Positions 9,119 to 19,818 of a DNA stretch of 37,656 bases are shown piece by piece (the first letter of the stretch is position 1; each line of letters begins with the position of its first letter). Below the pieces are notes generated by a model. That model was not told where the DNA came from. It saw only the letters and a program-made list of their open reading frames with translations, and searched no databases. The position numbers and the translations under genes were made by a program. This DNA is from a virus (lineage: Duplodnaviria; Caudoviricetes): IMG/VR virus record IMGVR_UViG_3300017780_004600, positions 1 to 37,656 of that record. The stretch is one strand, 5' to 3'.

Positions 9119-10213
9119 TTAGGTTGTTTGGCTTTTATTCTCAACATTAAAGAATCCATATCCATAATTTATCATATCACCTAAATTATCAACCTCCCCT
9201 AATCTTTGTACTCTTTCATAAGCACTGTTTTTACCTCTTTCAACAAAAACATCTGTTTGTATTTGAGCTTGGTCAACAACTTTTAATAATACCTCATCTT
9301 TTGTTATTGGTTCCGCTGTGATGTTATTTGAGGTTAATCCTGAGGATTGTTGGAAATATATTGTTGTTCCATCTTCATAATCATAATAGTTAACACCTGT
9401 AATAGTGTAAGCAGTATAAACAATATTTATATCCGAAATCGCCCCCCATATTTGTCCATTAGCAATAACGGGCACCCCAACTTGGAATTTATTAGGTCCG
9501 TATTGTGCTAATTCATTTATTCTTGATTTAGTTAAACCTGACACTGTAAATGGTACTGTAACATAATTATTTGATGTTTGGGCGGATACTTCATTTACCG
9601 CATCACCCGAAAAGATATAATCATACGATACCGGAGTACCAACCCAATTACCTGAAGATGGCACAAAAAAAGCCTCCCCTTGTGGGTTATAAACTGTTGG
9701 ATTACTAAATGGTGTTGTTATTTTTTTAGTTACTCTTGTAACACCCCATGGATTTGTTTGTTCCATAGTAATCTTATAAATTTTATTAGCCGATGCGTAT
9801 GTATGTGTTATTGAGTTAGGTGTATACCCTGTTATAAGTTGTTTTGGTGAATTGTCCCCCCAATCTATGCTATATGCTGATAAGTCTAAAAACTTTTGAA
9901 ATTCATTTGAAGTATTGTAAACATTATAAACGTATGGATTACTAGTGGTTGATGAGAATATAAAATTAGCAACTACATTTTTTTGTAGTACCGCACCATC
10001 AAATGGACTGTAATACCCGGCATCAACAGCATTTTGTCGTAATAATATTGGTACACTTAAATTAGTTAATAATGAAGTACCGTATTGACCTGAGCTAACC
10101 ACTTTGGTCATGGCAGAATAAACCCCAACAGGAGTTCCTTCTTTGTCATTAACTATAGATAAATCCCCTTTAATATTTTCAGGCGATACCGTTATTTTGT
10201 AGTAATCTTCCAT
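9119..10213 (-). CDS. Hypothetical structural protein with a PKD-like domain (364 aa)
   Basis: YSIDWGDNSP...ITHTYASANKIYKITM resembles the PKD W/F-GDG...HTY...Y-x-V/I motif. Confidence 0.65.
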   Translation of the reverse strand: MEDYYKITVSPENIKGDLSIVNDKEGTPVGVYSAMTKVVSSGQYGTSLLTNLSVPILLRQNAVDAGYYSPFDGAVLQKNVVANFIFSSTTSNPYVYNVYNTSNEFQKFLDLSAYSIDWGDNSPKQLITGYTPNSITHTYASANKIYKITMEQTNPWGVTRVTKKITTPFSNPTVYNPQGEAFFVPSSGNWVGTPVSYDYIFSGDAVNEVSAQTSNNYVTVPFTVSGLTKSRINELAQYGPNKFQVGVPVIANGQIWGAISDINIVYTAYTITGVNYYDYEDGTTIYFQQSSGLTSNNITAEPITKDEVLLKVVDQAQIQTDVFVERGKNSAYERVQRLGEVDNLGDMINYGYGFFNVENKSQTT

Positions 10214-11040
10214 TATTGTGGTGGGTTAACATATTCGTACCATTTTATGGGAATCTCAGTCCCTAATCTTTGACCTGCAGTGTTAAATACCTGATAGGTT
10301 TGTGTTAAATAATCCAACTTTACTTTATAATAAAACAATTCCGTACCATCAAATGCATATTTATTTTGTAAACGATATTGGGGACCCTCTGTTTTGTCTG
10401 AAGGATTTGCTCCTCTACCTGTCATCATTTTAGTAAATTGACCCGTTTTGGCGTTATAAAACTTAGCGGCCATATAGAAAGTATCTATATTTAAAAAATT
10501 TCTTTTCTTTAACCAATAAATAAAAAACCCTTCTTTATCTCCAACATAATCTAAAATAAATTTTGGTTTTTTAATACTAACTAATGTTCGTTGCATCAGA
10601 GTATCCATTGTTAGACCTTGTTGTGTAGGTATGATTATTGTTAAATAATTTTTTTGGGATTTATCGTCAGGACTATCGTAAAAATCTAATTTAAAAAATG
10701 AATTTGAAAAATTATTTTCATAATAATATAGTTCTTGTGGCGTAAACCCTTCCCCTAAATAATTTATTTTCCAATTATTAATATCCGACAAAGAACCTCC
10801 TGAATAAAAATAAAACTCATAATTAATTTCAGTATTATTTGTGGTTGCTGTTGCAGGTAAATGAGCAAATCTTGAAACTTCAAAATCTCGTCCAACACCA
10901 ATTACCTCCGTAATCATAGTTTTTTCATACTCCTCAATGGCCATGTCTAACCCAAGGTAATCCCAAGTAAGAGATACAGGTATATTGATTTGTTTGTCTT
11001 GAAATCCGTCTTGTCGTATTACAAATTTATTCACACTCAT
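10213..11040 (-). CDS. Hypothetical structural protein (275 aa)
   Basis: Aromatic-rich ORF overlapping both neighbours within the baseplate operon. Confidence 0.75.
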   Translation of the reverse strand: MSVNKFVIRQDGFQDKQINIPVSLTWDYLGLDMAIEEYEKTMITEVIGVGRDFEVSRFAHLPATATTNNTEINYEFYFYSGGSLSDINNWKINYLGEGFTPQELYYYENNFSNSFFKLDFYDSPDDKSQKNYLTIIIPTQQGLTMDTLMQRTLVSIKKPKFILDYVGDKEGFFIYWLKKRNFLNIDTFYMAAKFYNAKTGQFTKMMTGRGANPSDKTEGPQYRLQNKYAFDGTELFYYKVKLDYLTQTYQVFNTAGQRLGTEIPIKWYEYVNPPQ

Positions 11041-12724
11041 CTATTAATGGTTTAAATGAGAAGTCATATCCGTCTAAATTCTCATTATAGTTTATTCCTT
11101 CAGGAACTAATCTAAAAACAATTTCTGAAAATGGGTAATGTGCAGTATTAATATATGGATAGTCTACACCTCTATTTAGATTATCTCTAAAACCATAAGT
11201 ATACAAATCTCTCCATCTAAATTGTCGGTCACTAGTTGAATAAAACGACCACTCGGGGACTTGGTCAACAAACTCCACATCTCCTGTTTCCACATAGTTA
11301 GAAAATACTCTAATTGTCATTTTATTATGTGGTTGATAATAATATCCTGGCGAATTTGTTGTTGCGACCGTTGTTGTTTGAAAAACTGTTTGATTAAATT
11401 TTAACTTGTGATAATATGGTGAAACTACTCTTTCAATTTGTTCATAATCATTCCATTCACAAAAATCACCATCCATAACATCGTCTTTTTTCAAATCAAG
11501 ATTATAATAAAATGTTTTTGTCTCACCACTAGTTAATGTATATGAAGAAACAGGAATAGAAGTATTAGACCTTTGTTCAGTTAAATTCCACCAAGGATTT
11601 GTTGTTTTTGATAAATTAAAACCCCACCCTTGTTTTAACCCAAAACCATTACTTGGTTGGTTAAAGTAACCTGAATATCCTTTATTAACAATTGTTAAAT
11701 CAATCTCACTAATAGGTCTTTTTTGATTATCTTTTAAATTCGCAAAATCTAAATCATATGTCGAAGTCATATTATATGCATTACTACTAGTTTTTTGAGA
11801 TATTCTTGTAAGATTATTTGGTGTTATAGAACTATATTCTAACTTTCTTTGTTCTGTAAATACATTTTTTTCAAATCCTGCTTTAGTGACTTCTAAATCT
11901 GTTAAATTTGTAAGAACTTTTTGTTCTCTAATATAATATTTTGATTTAGTTTCCGTTAAATTATCAGGATTAATAACCCTTTTAAATGTACCTGTGGTCC
12001 CATTACTAAAAGTTGTTCCCGTATACCCTATGTTTAATAGATTAAATATGTGAACATCACTATCCAATAATCCATTACCTAAAGAATATACTTGGAATAA
12101 ATTTGAATTTCTATAAACAAGTGATAACTCTACATATTCACCAATAGTTAAACCGTGTGGTGCTATACAAGTAAACGACACTAATCCATTACCATTTTGT
12201 GAAGTATTTGTAATTGAAAATGGTATTCCATTCCCAACAACCCAATTAATCGCATTTGATGTGTTTTTATAATATGTTAACTGTTTAGTGTAATTATTGT
12301 TATAAGGGTATGTTAAATAATAGGTCCAATTATAGGTGTATGCACTTTTAGCCTTATAGTTAAAATGTTGGTCACCAACATCTGGTCTATAAAAGTCAAA
12401 TTCATAATATTGTGGAAAACCTTGCCATTTTGTACTTTGTTTTGACGATACAGGTGCCGTATAATAAAGATTATATTGGAATGGTAGATATCCTGTAGTT
12501 CCAGTATAGGTGTTTTCATAAAGGTATGTTACCTTAAAAGTTGGTCTAAATACCGTACAACCCTGTCTCTCATCATCATAAACTTGAGCTAGACTTATGG
12601 TCGAACTTCTATCATACTCAGTAATCTGTTGGTTCTGACTGTCTAAAGATATTGCAATTTGTTCATCAACCGAAGGCGCTCCTTTATATCTTAAATTACT
12701 CGGAACTATTAAATAATTACTCAT
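11027..12724 (-). CDS. Hypothetical structural protein (565 aa)
   Basis: Long ORF overlapping neighbours; FTCIAPHGLTIGEYVEL (about 12125-12175) resembles the T-x3-HGL-x2-G-D/E-x-V beta-barrel motif common in phage virion proteins. Confidence 0.75.
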   Translation of the reverse strand: MSNYLIVPSNLRYKGAPSVDEQIAISLDSQNQQITEYDRSSTISLAQVYDDERQGCTVFRPTFKVTYLYENTYTGTTGYLPFQYNLYYTAPVSSKQSTKWQGFPQYYEFDFYRPDVGDQHFNYKAKSAYTYNWTYYLTYPYNNNYTKQLTYYKNTSNAINWVVGNGIPFSITNTSQNGNGLVSFTCIAPHGLTIGEYVELSLVYRNSNLFQVYSLGNGLLDSDVHIFNLLNIGYTGTTFSNGTTGTFKRVINPDNLTETKSKYYIREQKVLTNLTDLEVTKAGFEKNVFTEQRKLEYSSITPNNLTRISQKTSSNAYNMTSTYDLDFANLKDNQKRPISEIDLTIVNKGYSGYFNQPSNGFGLKQGWGFNLSKTTNPWWNLTEQRSNTSIPVSSYTLTSGETKTFYYNLDLKKDDVMDGDFCEWNDYEQIERVVSPYYHKLKFNQTVFQTTTVATTNSPGYYYQPHNKMTIRVFSNYVETGDVEFVDQVPEWSFYSTSDRQFRWRDLYTYGFRDNLNRGVDYPYINTAHYPFSEIVFRLVPEGINYNENLDGYDFSFKPLIDECE

Positions 12725-15700
12725 CTACGGAATATTTTGTTTTAAATCTATCTAATGCCGAAGCTCCTTTAACAGGTCCAAAATAAAATTGGAACGGTGC
12801 TCCAACTAAAAAGTTATTTGATTGTTGACCTGTATTTATGTATTTACCACCTGTTGTTGGGTAATTAAGTCTATCTCCATCAACACTAAATATGTAAGCC
12901 CTTGCGGTTAAATCATTAGCAACTGATGTCCCATTTAAAAAATATTTAGTGTTCGTTGCTACTCTATCTAAAGATTGATAATTATTTTGAATAATATCAC
13001 TAGTGCCTGTCTTCCAATTATTTTTTTGATTACCAAATATTCTACTTCCATCCGCTAACCCCCACTGATAAAACGGTACCAATTGAGATTTAATCCCATA
13101 AGGATATGGATAATACCCTAAATTATCTGAACTTCTAAAATCAATTATACCAGGTGTTAAATAATCTTTTGTTTGTAAATCTTGTGTTGTTGATGAAAAC
13201 CATACTGCCATTGCTGGGTCACCCGGGCTACCTAAAACATTAGTAGGTGGGTTTGTATCCCCCGGAAGTATTTCGTAAAATTGTGGTGAAAAATTAACAT
13301 TTCCAATTTCAGAATTTATTGATGTTAATTGTGCAAAATCTCCATCAACTCTTAATTGGTCTCTTGAGAATAATTGACTTATACCATTATCTCCAAAAGC
13401 AATAATTTGTGCTAAAAAAGTTTCATCAGTTATCCTAGAAATTACAAATAAATTAACTAAATCTGAAGTGTCCGCATAACTTGTTGAGTCTATACTTGGC
13501 ATAATGTAAGCCTTGGTAGTTGGGTCAAAGGTAATTTCCGAATAAAAATAATCTTTCATACCTAAATTAACAATTGTTGTTGGATTTAATAAGTTAACCC
13601 CATTTAACCCTGCAGGATTATTGGTTCTCTTACCAACAAATTTATTTGAAATGTCATTCCATGGACTACTTCTATAGTAAAAGTTTTGACTATCCTGATT
13701 ATAATATGCAATTCCCATGCAAAATCTTGGATATTCCGCTTTATTTTTATTATTGTAGTAAGTGGTAACTTGTATTGGGTAAGCATATAATGTTCCATTA
13801 ATCCAATTATTCATAAATGATTGGGATAAAACTCCTCTACAAAGTGCGTAGAAAAATCTAAATCTAAAACCCCATTCCGCAAAAGTTCCATAATCTTTTA
13901 CTAAGTCTGTTAATGGTACTCTTAAAAACATATAACATCCTCCTTCAACGGCATCACTTGATGGACAATTTTGGTTAATTCCAAATTGAGTCCCAAATCC
14001 TTGGTAGCATTTTAACCCGACCATACTTTCACAATTAAAACTTTCTAAAACACCAGTTGTAAGTTGCCCATAACCATCTAAATCTGCTGTTACTGTTTGA
14101 GCTCCAACCGTAAAAGATGTTGAGGTAATATCTTCTGAGTCCGTATTAATTTGATATACTGCGAAGTTAAGATTTTGTTGTAATAACGAAGGATTCAAAT
14201 CCCAACTACCCCCATCTAAAACATCCGAACTTGGCAATCTATCTGTTCTCATAACATTTAATTGAGAAGTACTAATTGTTATTGGTATAAAAATAGGACT
14301 TGTCGTATTATAACTTGATGTGAAAACTCTTGTATAATAATAAGAGGTGAAATCATAATAAGGACTACCAACATAAGGAAGTTGTGTATCACTAAATAAA
14401 AGATTTTTTACAGGAGGGAGAACTTGTGACATTATACCCATACCAGAAACATCTTCACTACCATCATAACTTATTGCCGATGGTGAAGAACTATACATTG
14501 CATTAGTGGTCATAGAAATCATCTCATTGGGAACTGTTGATGGTGTAGGACAAGAAGTAAATGACTCAATATATCCATTAGGTTTAACTTTAATATTATA
14601 ATAAGCTCCATTCCAATTTATCTTCCAATACAAATTACCCCCATTTAACGGATTAGTGTAAACCCCTGTACCCCATTGAGTATAATTTTGATATAGTCGT
14701 AATCCAACAACAGGAGATGTGCGCACCACAGGAACAAATAAAGTACCCGCAACCACTGCTGTCGATATATTACAAGTTGATGATGAATTAGATGTAGAAC
14801 CATAGTAATATAATCTTCTAGCCCCCCCCGTAGTTCCAGGATTATTAGGGACCAAAGAAGGTTTTGCCCCTGGAGCTTGACCATTGGCGTCTAACGAACC
14901 GTAATACGCAGTATTTGTTGTATTATAACCTGTAAATGATTGACCAGGTATTGGTTGAGTTGTTGTTGCAGGTTTAAAAAAGTAAGACTGATAAAACATC
15001 TCAGGTTGAGAATATCCTTGTATTGAAATGGTAGGATTACTTAGTTTTTGTATAGGAATGTTAATCCTTGTTTCCGCAGTAAATGTCCAATTTGGGTCAG
15101 ATTCGTTTGTTCCAAATAATTTACCTAAACTATATTCATTTCGATATTTTGGAGAATATGGGTCAACACCTCTTTGTAATACTAAAACATATTGTTCTTG
15201 ATACCCTTCGAAGAATGAAGTGGCAATTAAATTTTCAGGATATGAATAGTCAGGTGCAAAATAATATTGAAAATCCTGAAAACGCTGTCCTCTCCAGTCA
15301 GCACAAGGTGTTGGTACAGATAAAATATTACCAAACGATTGTGTCATACCTGTATTCCATATTTTTGATGCGTTTGCAACGGTAATTGCCGTCACAACCT
15401 GAAAATATTCTATGTCCGCAGGAAATTTATAATTAGTATCCCCCGACCCATAAGGTAAGTTATAGACAACTGGCACGGAATTAGTAAGTTGATTTATAGC
15501 GTATGAAACATTAACGGTTGTTTGTCCAGTACCATTATAAGATTCACCACTAATTCCTGTTATAGTCCCTCCTGTTGTTGTTGCCGAATAAGTATAGTTC
15601 ATATCCGTAGTACCAGTAAGATTGATAAATGTTATTAAGGTACCAGCATCAAAAGGTTCTTGAGATAAAACCGTTAAAGTATTATCGTAATGAAACTTAC

Positions 15701-17876
15701 CGGCATTTAAATCTTTAGCCACTGTAACTTTAATCTTATTAAGACCTGTAAAAAAATTACTTCTTTGATTAAAAAGATTAATTCTTTCTCCAGGAGGTAA
15801 ACTATAAGATTGCGCAAATCTATTAGAACCATCTGAAATGATTGTTAGTTGAGATATTGGCATTTTATACATGATTGGATTTGATATTTGTGGTAGTGAC
15901 GTATTTCCCGCAATTGCTTGGGCAAACATATACGACCATTCACTTGAATTTTCATCTCCAGGCCATTGATTTGCCGAAAGTAAATCTTCGTATAATGAAG
16001 AATCCGATAATAAAGACAAATTCCCTGAACCATTAACATTTGCCAATCGAGTATTATTTGGTTTTGTTTCCAATTTTTGTGAACAATCACAAGCCTGACA
16101 TTCAGGATAAGTAATCATTGGTAATTTAATTGTAAAATCTTTTTTATTACAATATTTTCTCCATCCTTTAAACGGATACCATGAAAAGACACCTTTTACT
16201 CTAACACCAACATATGATAACCAACATAAAAAATCCGTAACTAAATTATACAACCACAATAAAATATGTGCGATTGTTAAAATGATTATCCCAATAGGTT
16301 GTAAAACTGTGAATATAATTGAAAATAAAAAGTATAATAAATCAAAATTTTTAAATCCGTCATTAACAGGAAATTTATTTATAGTATCTTCACAATCAAA
16401 GGAATCAATTTCTTTAATCCCAATAAAATTACCTGAGGACGGCCCGACAAAATTTCCACCCTTTTTCCATTGGTCAATAAATGAAGAAACAGTATAAACT
16501 CTATTAAATTCGAATTGATAAAAAGTGTCATTACAATCAATAGACTCATTTAATTTATCTATTTTTTGTTGCCCGTTAAAACCATCAGTATAACCACTCC
16601 AAGCTAACCCAAAGTAATACGAACTTAATTGTTGTCTTTGTTTAGAAGTATAAGATGATATTGAATTTTTAGTTGTTGGGTCCGAATCACTATTAGTCCA
16701 CCCGTATTCTTTAACATTAGGAATTAAAAAATATGGCCTCCTTGTTGATAATGTTAAATCATTTGGTTGTGTCCACTTTACTTTAAATCTATATTTACCT
16801 TTTGTTGGGATTCCAATTGTTGGGTCGTAAGATATTACTTTTTCACCAAATTCATTTGTAATAAAGTAGTCTAAATTCATAGGTACTTCAATTAACCATG
16901 TACCACTTGCATCAATAACATTTCCTGCCTGTTCTAAATCATATTGTTCTAATACAGGATTACCATCAGAATCTTGTCGAATTGTTTGTCTAATTGCAAG
17001 TATTTGACCAGGACCCGTTGTTAATCCACAAAGATTACCCATATCATCTCTAGGTTTACAATTATCTCTAACTTTAAATCCATCTGAAGATGAAAACATT
17101 GAACCCATGAATACAGATGTTGGTTGTATTTCAACATTTGCTTCATCTCTTAAATCAAAATCTAATCTATTAACAGCTATTTGACAGGTAGTTGGGTCTC
17201 CCCATAATGGAGAAATTTCGGCACTTTTAACAATATTAATAATTTGTGGTAATGACTTTAAATCAGTAGAAGTTCTAAATTTATTACCAGCAACTTGTCC
17301 TTCCGTCGCAAGACCCATTCTAATTAAATCCTGAGGCGTTAGTGAAAATTCACCAATATCCGATAAATCCACATCCATTACAATAGATTGATTTCCCAAA
17401 GGAACCCCCATTATCATGTAATCGCCACTCTCATTTGTTTTGGCGGTAAATTTATAATATTTGTCATAAATCTCTACAGCGGTAGAACCCGTTAAAGAGT
17501 CAATTCTTGTTGGTAATGTACCCGTTGCCGCGTGTTTTGAATAAGATTTTTCGTAAGGTAAAAGATTGTATCTATAACCATCCTCATTTTTATCTGTGGG
17601 TGATTTATAAGGGTAGATACTTGAAATTAAAGGGTTTGATTGGTCGGGTACTGTGATTGGGATAAATACCGAAACTCTAGCGTTAGGTACTCCAAATCCT
17701 CCATTTGCAATTACTCTCCCTACCAATACCCCATAGTCAGCACAACTTCTTGTGTAAACATCTGTTTGTTGTATTTTTAATGATAATATTTCTAAAAACT
17801 CAAAATCTTGGTCTAATTGTACATTGATTGTTTTATTGACACCAAGTTCAGTTTTTATTCTATATGATTGACCCAT
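12717..17876 (-). CDS. Large baseplate/tail-associated protein (1719 aa) with N-terminal carboxypeptidase-regulatory-like domain and internal hydrophobic segment
   Basis: LVGRVIANGGFGVPNARVSV...AKTNESGDYMIMGVPLG at the N-terminus; ~46-aa apolar stretch at 16203-16340; CQACDC motif; follows gp6. Confidence 0.7.
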   Translation of the reverse strand: MGQSYRIKTELGVNKTINVQLDQDFEFLEILSLKIQQTDVYTRSCADYGVLVGRVIANGGFGVPNARVSVFIPITVPDQSNPLISSIYPYKSPTDKNEDGYRYNLLPYEKSYSKHAATGTLPTRIDSLTGSTAVEIYDKYYKFTAKTNESGDYMIMGVPLGNQSIVMDVDLSDIGEFSLTPQDLIRMGLATEGQVAGNKFRTSTDLKSLPQIINIVKSAEISPLWGDPTTCQIAVNRLDFDLRDEANVEIQPTSVFMGSMFSSSDGFKVRDNCKPRDDMGNLCGLTTGPGQILAIRQTIRQDSDGNPVLEQYDLEQAGNVIDASGTWLIEVPMNLDYFITNEFGEKVISYDPTIGIPTKGKYRFKVKWTQPNDLTLSTRRPYFLIPNVKEYGWTNSDSDPTTKNSISSYTSKQRQQLSSYYFGLAWSGYTDGFNGQQKIDKLNESIDCNDTFYQFEFNRVYTVSSFIDQWKKGGNFVGPSSGNFIGIKEIDSFDCEDTINKFPVNDGFKNFDLLYFLFSIIFTVLQPIGIIILTIAHILLWLYNLVTDFLCWLSYVGVRVKGVFSWYPFKGWRKYCNKKDFTIKLPMITYPECQACDCSQKLETKPNNTRLANVNGSGNLSLLSDSSLYEDLLSANQWPGDENSSEWSYMFAQAIAGNTSLPQISNPIMYKMPISQLTIISDGSNRFAQSYSLPPGERINLFNQRSNFFTGLNKIKVTVAKDLNAGKFHYDNTLTVLSQEPFDAGTLITFINLTGTTDMNYTYSATTTGGTITGISGESYNGTGQTTVNVSYAINQLTNSVPVVYNLPYGSGDTNYKFPADIEYFQVVTAITVANASKIWNTGMTQSFGNILSVPTPCADWRGQRFQDFQYYFAPDYSYPENLIATSFFEGYQEQYVLVLQRGVDPYSPKYRNEYSLGKLFGTNESDPNWTFTAETRINIPIQKLSNPTISIQGYSQPEMFYQSYFFKPATTTQPIPGQSFTGYNTTNTAYYGSLDANGQAPGAKPSLVPNNPGTTGGARRLYYYGSTSNSSSTCNISTAVVAGTLFVPVVRTSPVVGLRLYQNYTQWGTGVYTNPLNGGNLYWKINWNGAYYNIKVKPNGYIESFTSCPTPSTVPNEMISMTTNAMYSSSPSAISYDGSEDVSGMGIMSQVLPPVKNLLFSDTQLPYVGSPYYDFTSYYYTRVFTSSYNTTSPIFIPITISTSQLNVMRTDRLPSSDVLDGGSWDLNPSLLQQNLNFAVYQINTDSEDITSTSFTVGAQTVTADLDGYGQLTTGVLESFNCESMVGLKCYQGFGTQFGINQNCPSSDAVEGGCYMFLRVPLTDLVKDYGTFAEWGFRFRFFYALCRGVLSQSFMNNWINGTLYAYPIQVTTYYNNKNKAEYPRFCMGIAYYNQDSQNFYYRSSPWNDISNKFVGKRTNNPAGLNGVNLLNPTTIVNLGMKDYFYSEITFDPTTKAYIMPSIDSTSYADTSDLVNLFVISRITDETFLAQIIAFGDNGISQLFSRDQLRVDGDFAQLTSINSEIGNVNFSPQFYEILPGDTNPPTNVLGSPGDPAMAVWFSSTTQDLQTKDYLTPGIIDFRSSDNLGYYPYPYGIKSQLVPFYQWGLADGSRIFGNQKNNWKTGTSDIIQNNYQSLDRVATNTKYFLNGTSVANDLTARAYIFSVDGDRLNYPTTGGKYINTGQQSNNFLVGAPFQFYFGPVKGASALDRFKTKYSVDE

Positions 17877-17891
17877 GTAATACCTTTAATT

Positions 17892-17899
17892 TATAAATA
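17892..17899 (-). promoter_or_regulatory. Late-promoter-like box TATTTATA
   Basis: 15 nt upstream of the ATG at 17876 in a 98-bp intergenic gap. Confidence 0.65.
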
Positions 17900-17974
17900 G
17901 TTTATGTGTTATTTTTGAAATACAAACACACTCTTTTTAAATTATAAACTAATCAATTCAAGAATAAACCTATA

Positions 17975-19813
17975 TTATGAGAAGGTAACTGATTGGAAAT
18001 TTTTAACAGATACTCGAATATCTTTATTAGGATACCTAATTTGATAAACTTGTGATGGTTGTGCAAAAATTGTATCGTCTACAGGCGCAATTTCTTTAGT
18101 TTCTGGGTCTGAATATTGCATTGATGTTTCTGCTGACGAATATTGTCCACCAACATTATTATAAACATTAAGTCCCGCAACAGTTAATACACCATTTTGG
18201 TTTTGAACTATACTTTTGATTTCTGACAAATAAACATTTTGTCCTAATTGTCTTACTTGAGGATTAAAATATGTAGATATTTTATCAACAACATCAGCAA
18301 TAATTTGCCCTGAATTTTGTGCCGAATCCAAAACAATTTGTACATCGATACTAAGGTCAATAACTTCAGCAGTTAATATTGAAATATAATCGTTCATCAT
18401 TCTATAGTTTGATAAATATGTTGCAACATTTTGTCTCAAAGTGTCAGACACAATGTTGGTTAACTTACCTGAAGTATCGTATGATAATAATTGAATTAAT
18501 ATTTTATTATTATTTTCTGTGATGGCAACTTTTGCAGGTGCTCCAAATTCTGCCGGCATATTTCTAATTATTGCCTCATAATCTTGAACCGTAACCGCTC
18601 TTTTCTGGGCTGCGAAGTTAAATGAAACATAATTTCGTATTTCTTCTAATGATGGAATACCTGCCCCACCAATAGCGGCAGTAACATTATTACATCTCAA
18701 CGAATTAACCACCGAAGAGTTTGTTAATTCTGACGGACCATTAACATAAAATGAAACGGTACCGATTTGAGTAATTACATTTGTCCCTAAATTTGTTGCC
18801 AATCCACCACCAACTCTATATTGTATGAATAGTGTTGAGTTAGGAGTTAATGCAGAACCTAATGAAAAGTTATTAGAATATCTTTGTAAGTCTAATGTTG
18901 CCCCTACTGTTGTAAATTGATTTAAAGCATCTTGAGCCGTGTTAGTTCCCCCACCAAAGGTCATTTTTTTAAATCCTTCAGGTGTATATTCAGTCATAAA
19001 TCTATTTTGTGTTTGAATATAACGACCTACTTTAATCCCTGGTTGGTCAGAAACTTTTGTTGGGTCTTCAATAAAAACCCTATCTTCAGCCAAAGCATCG
19101 ACTTCATACCATTTATTTGATACCCCTAAAAATTCTGCAGCTGTTGGTACATTTGTGTATTCAGTACCACTTTTTAACAAAACACTTGTAATACCTAAAA
19201 CATTTTTTTCAGGTAAGAATAATTCAAAAAATGGTCTTACATCATTTGGAGTAATAACTCTTTTGAATACTTTAGTAATACCATTAACAACAAGCTCTCT
19301 TTTTGTTATTGTGTAATTAATTAACACATTATTTGCATTGAAATTAGGTATTTTAAGCCTATTAGGATATCCTTGAGCATTATATGGTGATGCAAAATCA
19401 ATATCGTAAATATTTTCAAATACAATACCCGCACCTGTAATTTGTGAACCCCTTGTTAAAGTTCCCAAATATCTTTCATCTTCTTTATCCCCAAACGCTG
19501 GAACTGTAATAGAAAAATCAACTAAAGCAACCGAAGGTCTTTGACCCGGTAATTTTAATCCGTATGTTCTTGCAATATTGTAAATTGAAGACCTTTGTTG
19601 GGCGTATTGTAGAACTGTTTCTTGAATACTTCTATCAATGTGATAGTGTAAGTTATCCGCAACAGCGGCATTTAAATCCAAGAATACAGAAAATACCGAA
19701 GCATCATTAAAGTCTTGTATTAATTCAGGATAATAAGTTTTAACATAGTTTAATAACTCTGTTCTTATTCCCTGATAATCTCTAGTTGTATATGATATAT
19801 TACGATTCGCCAT
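17975..19813 (-). CDS. Baseplate wedge subunit, T4 gp6 / baseplate J-like (612 aa)
   Basis: YTTRDYQGIRTELL, ETVLQYAQQRSSIYNIARTYG, FGGG, YRVGGG...N, AAIGGA...SLEEIR...AQKRAVTVQDY are typical gp6/J motifs; adjacent to gp25. Confidence 0.9.
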   Translation of the reverse strand: MANRNISYTTRDYQGIRTELLNYVKTYYPELIQDFNDASVFSVFLDLNAAVADNLHYHIDRSIQETVLQYAQQRSSIYNIARTYGLKLPGQRPSVALVDFSITVPAFGDKEDERYLGTLTRGSQITGAGIVFENIYDIDFASPYNAQGYPNRLKIPNFNANNVLINYTITKRELVVNGITKVFKRVITPNDVRPFFELFLPEKNVLGITSVLLKSGTEYTNVPTAAEFLGVSNKWYEVDALAEDRVFIEDPTKVSDQPGIKVGRYIQTQNRFMTEYTPEGFKKMTFGGGTNTAQDALNQFTTVGATLDLQRYSNNFSLGSALTPNSTLFIQYRVGGGLATNLGTNVITQIGTVSFYVNGPSELTNSSVVNSLRCNNVTAAIGGAGIPSLEEIRNYVSFNFAAQKRAVTVQDYEAIIRNMPAEFGAPAKVAITENNNKILIQLLSYDTSGKLTNIVSDTLRQNVATYLSNYRMMNDYISILTAEVIDLSIDVQIVLDSAQNSGQIIADVVDKISTYFNPQVRQLGQNVYLSEIKSIVQNQNGVLTVAGLNVYNNVGGQYSSAETSMQYSDPETKEIAPVDDTIFAQPSQVYQIRYPNKDIRVSVKNFQSVTFS

Positions 19814-19818
19814 CTATA

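Noticed and set aside
17898-17951. Imperfect inverted repeat (tagtttat / ataaacta) in the gap after gp6
   Set aside because: AT-rich with large asymmetric loops; too weak to call a terminator or ncRNA.
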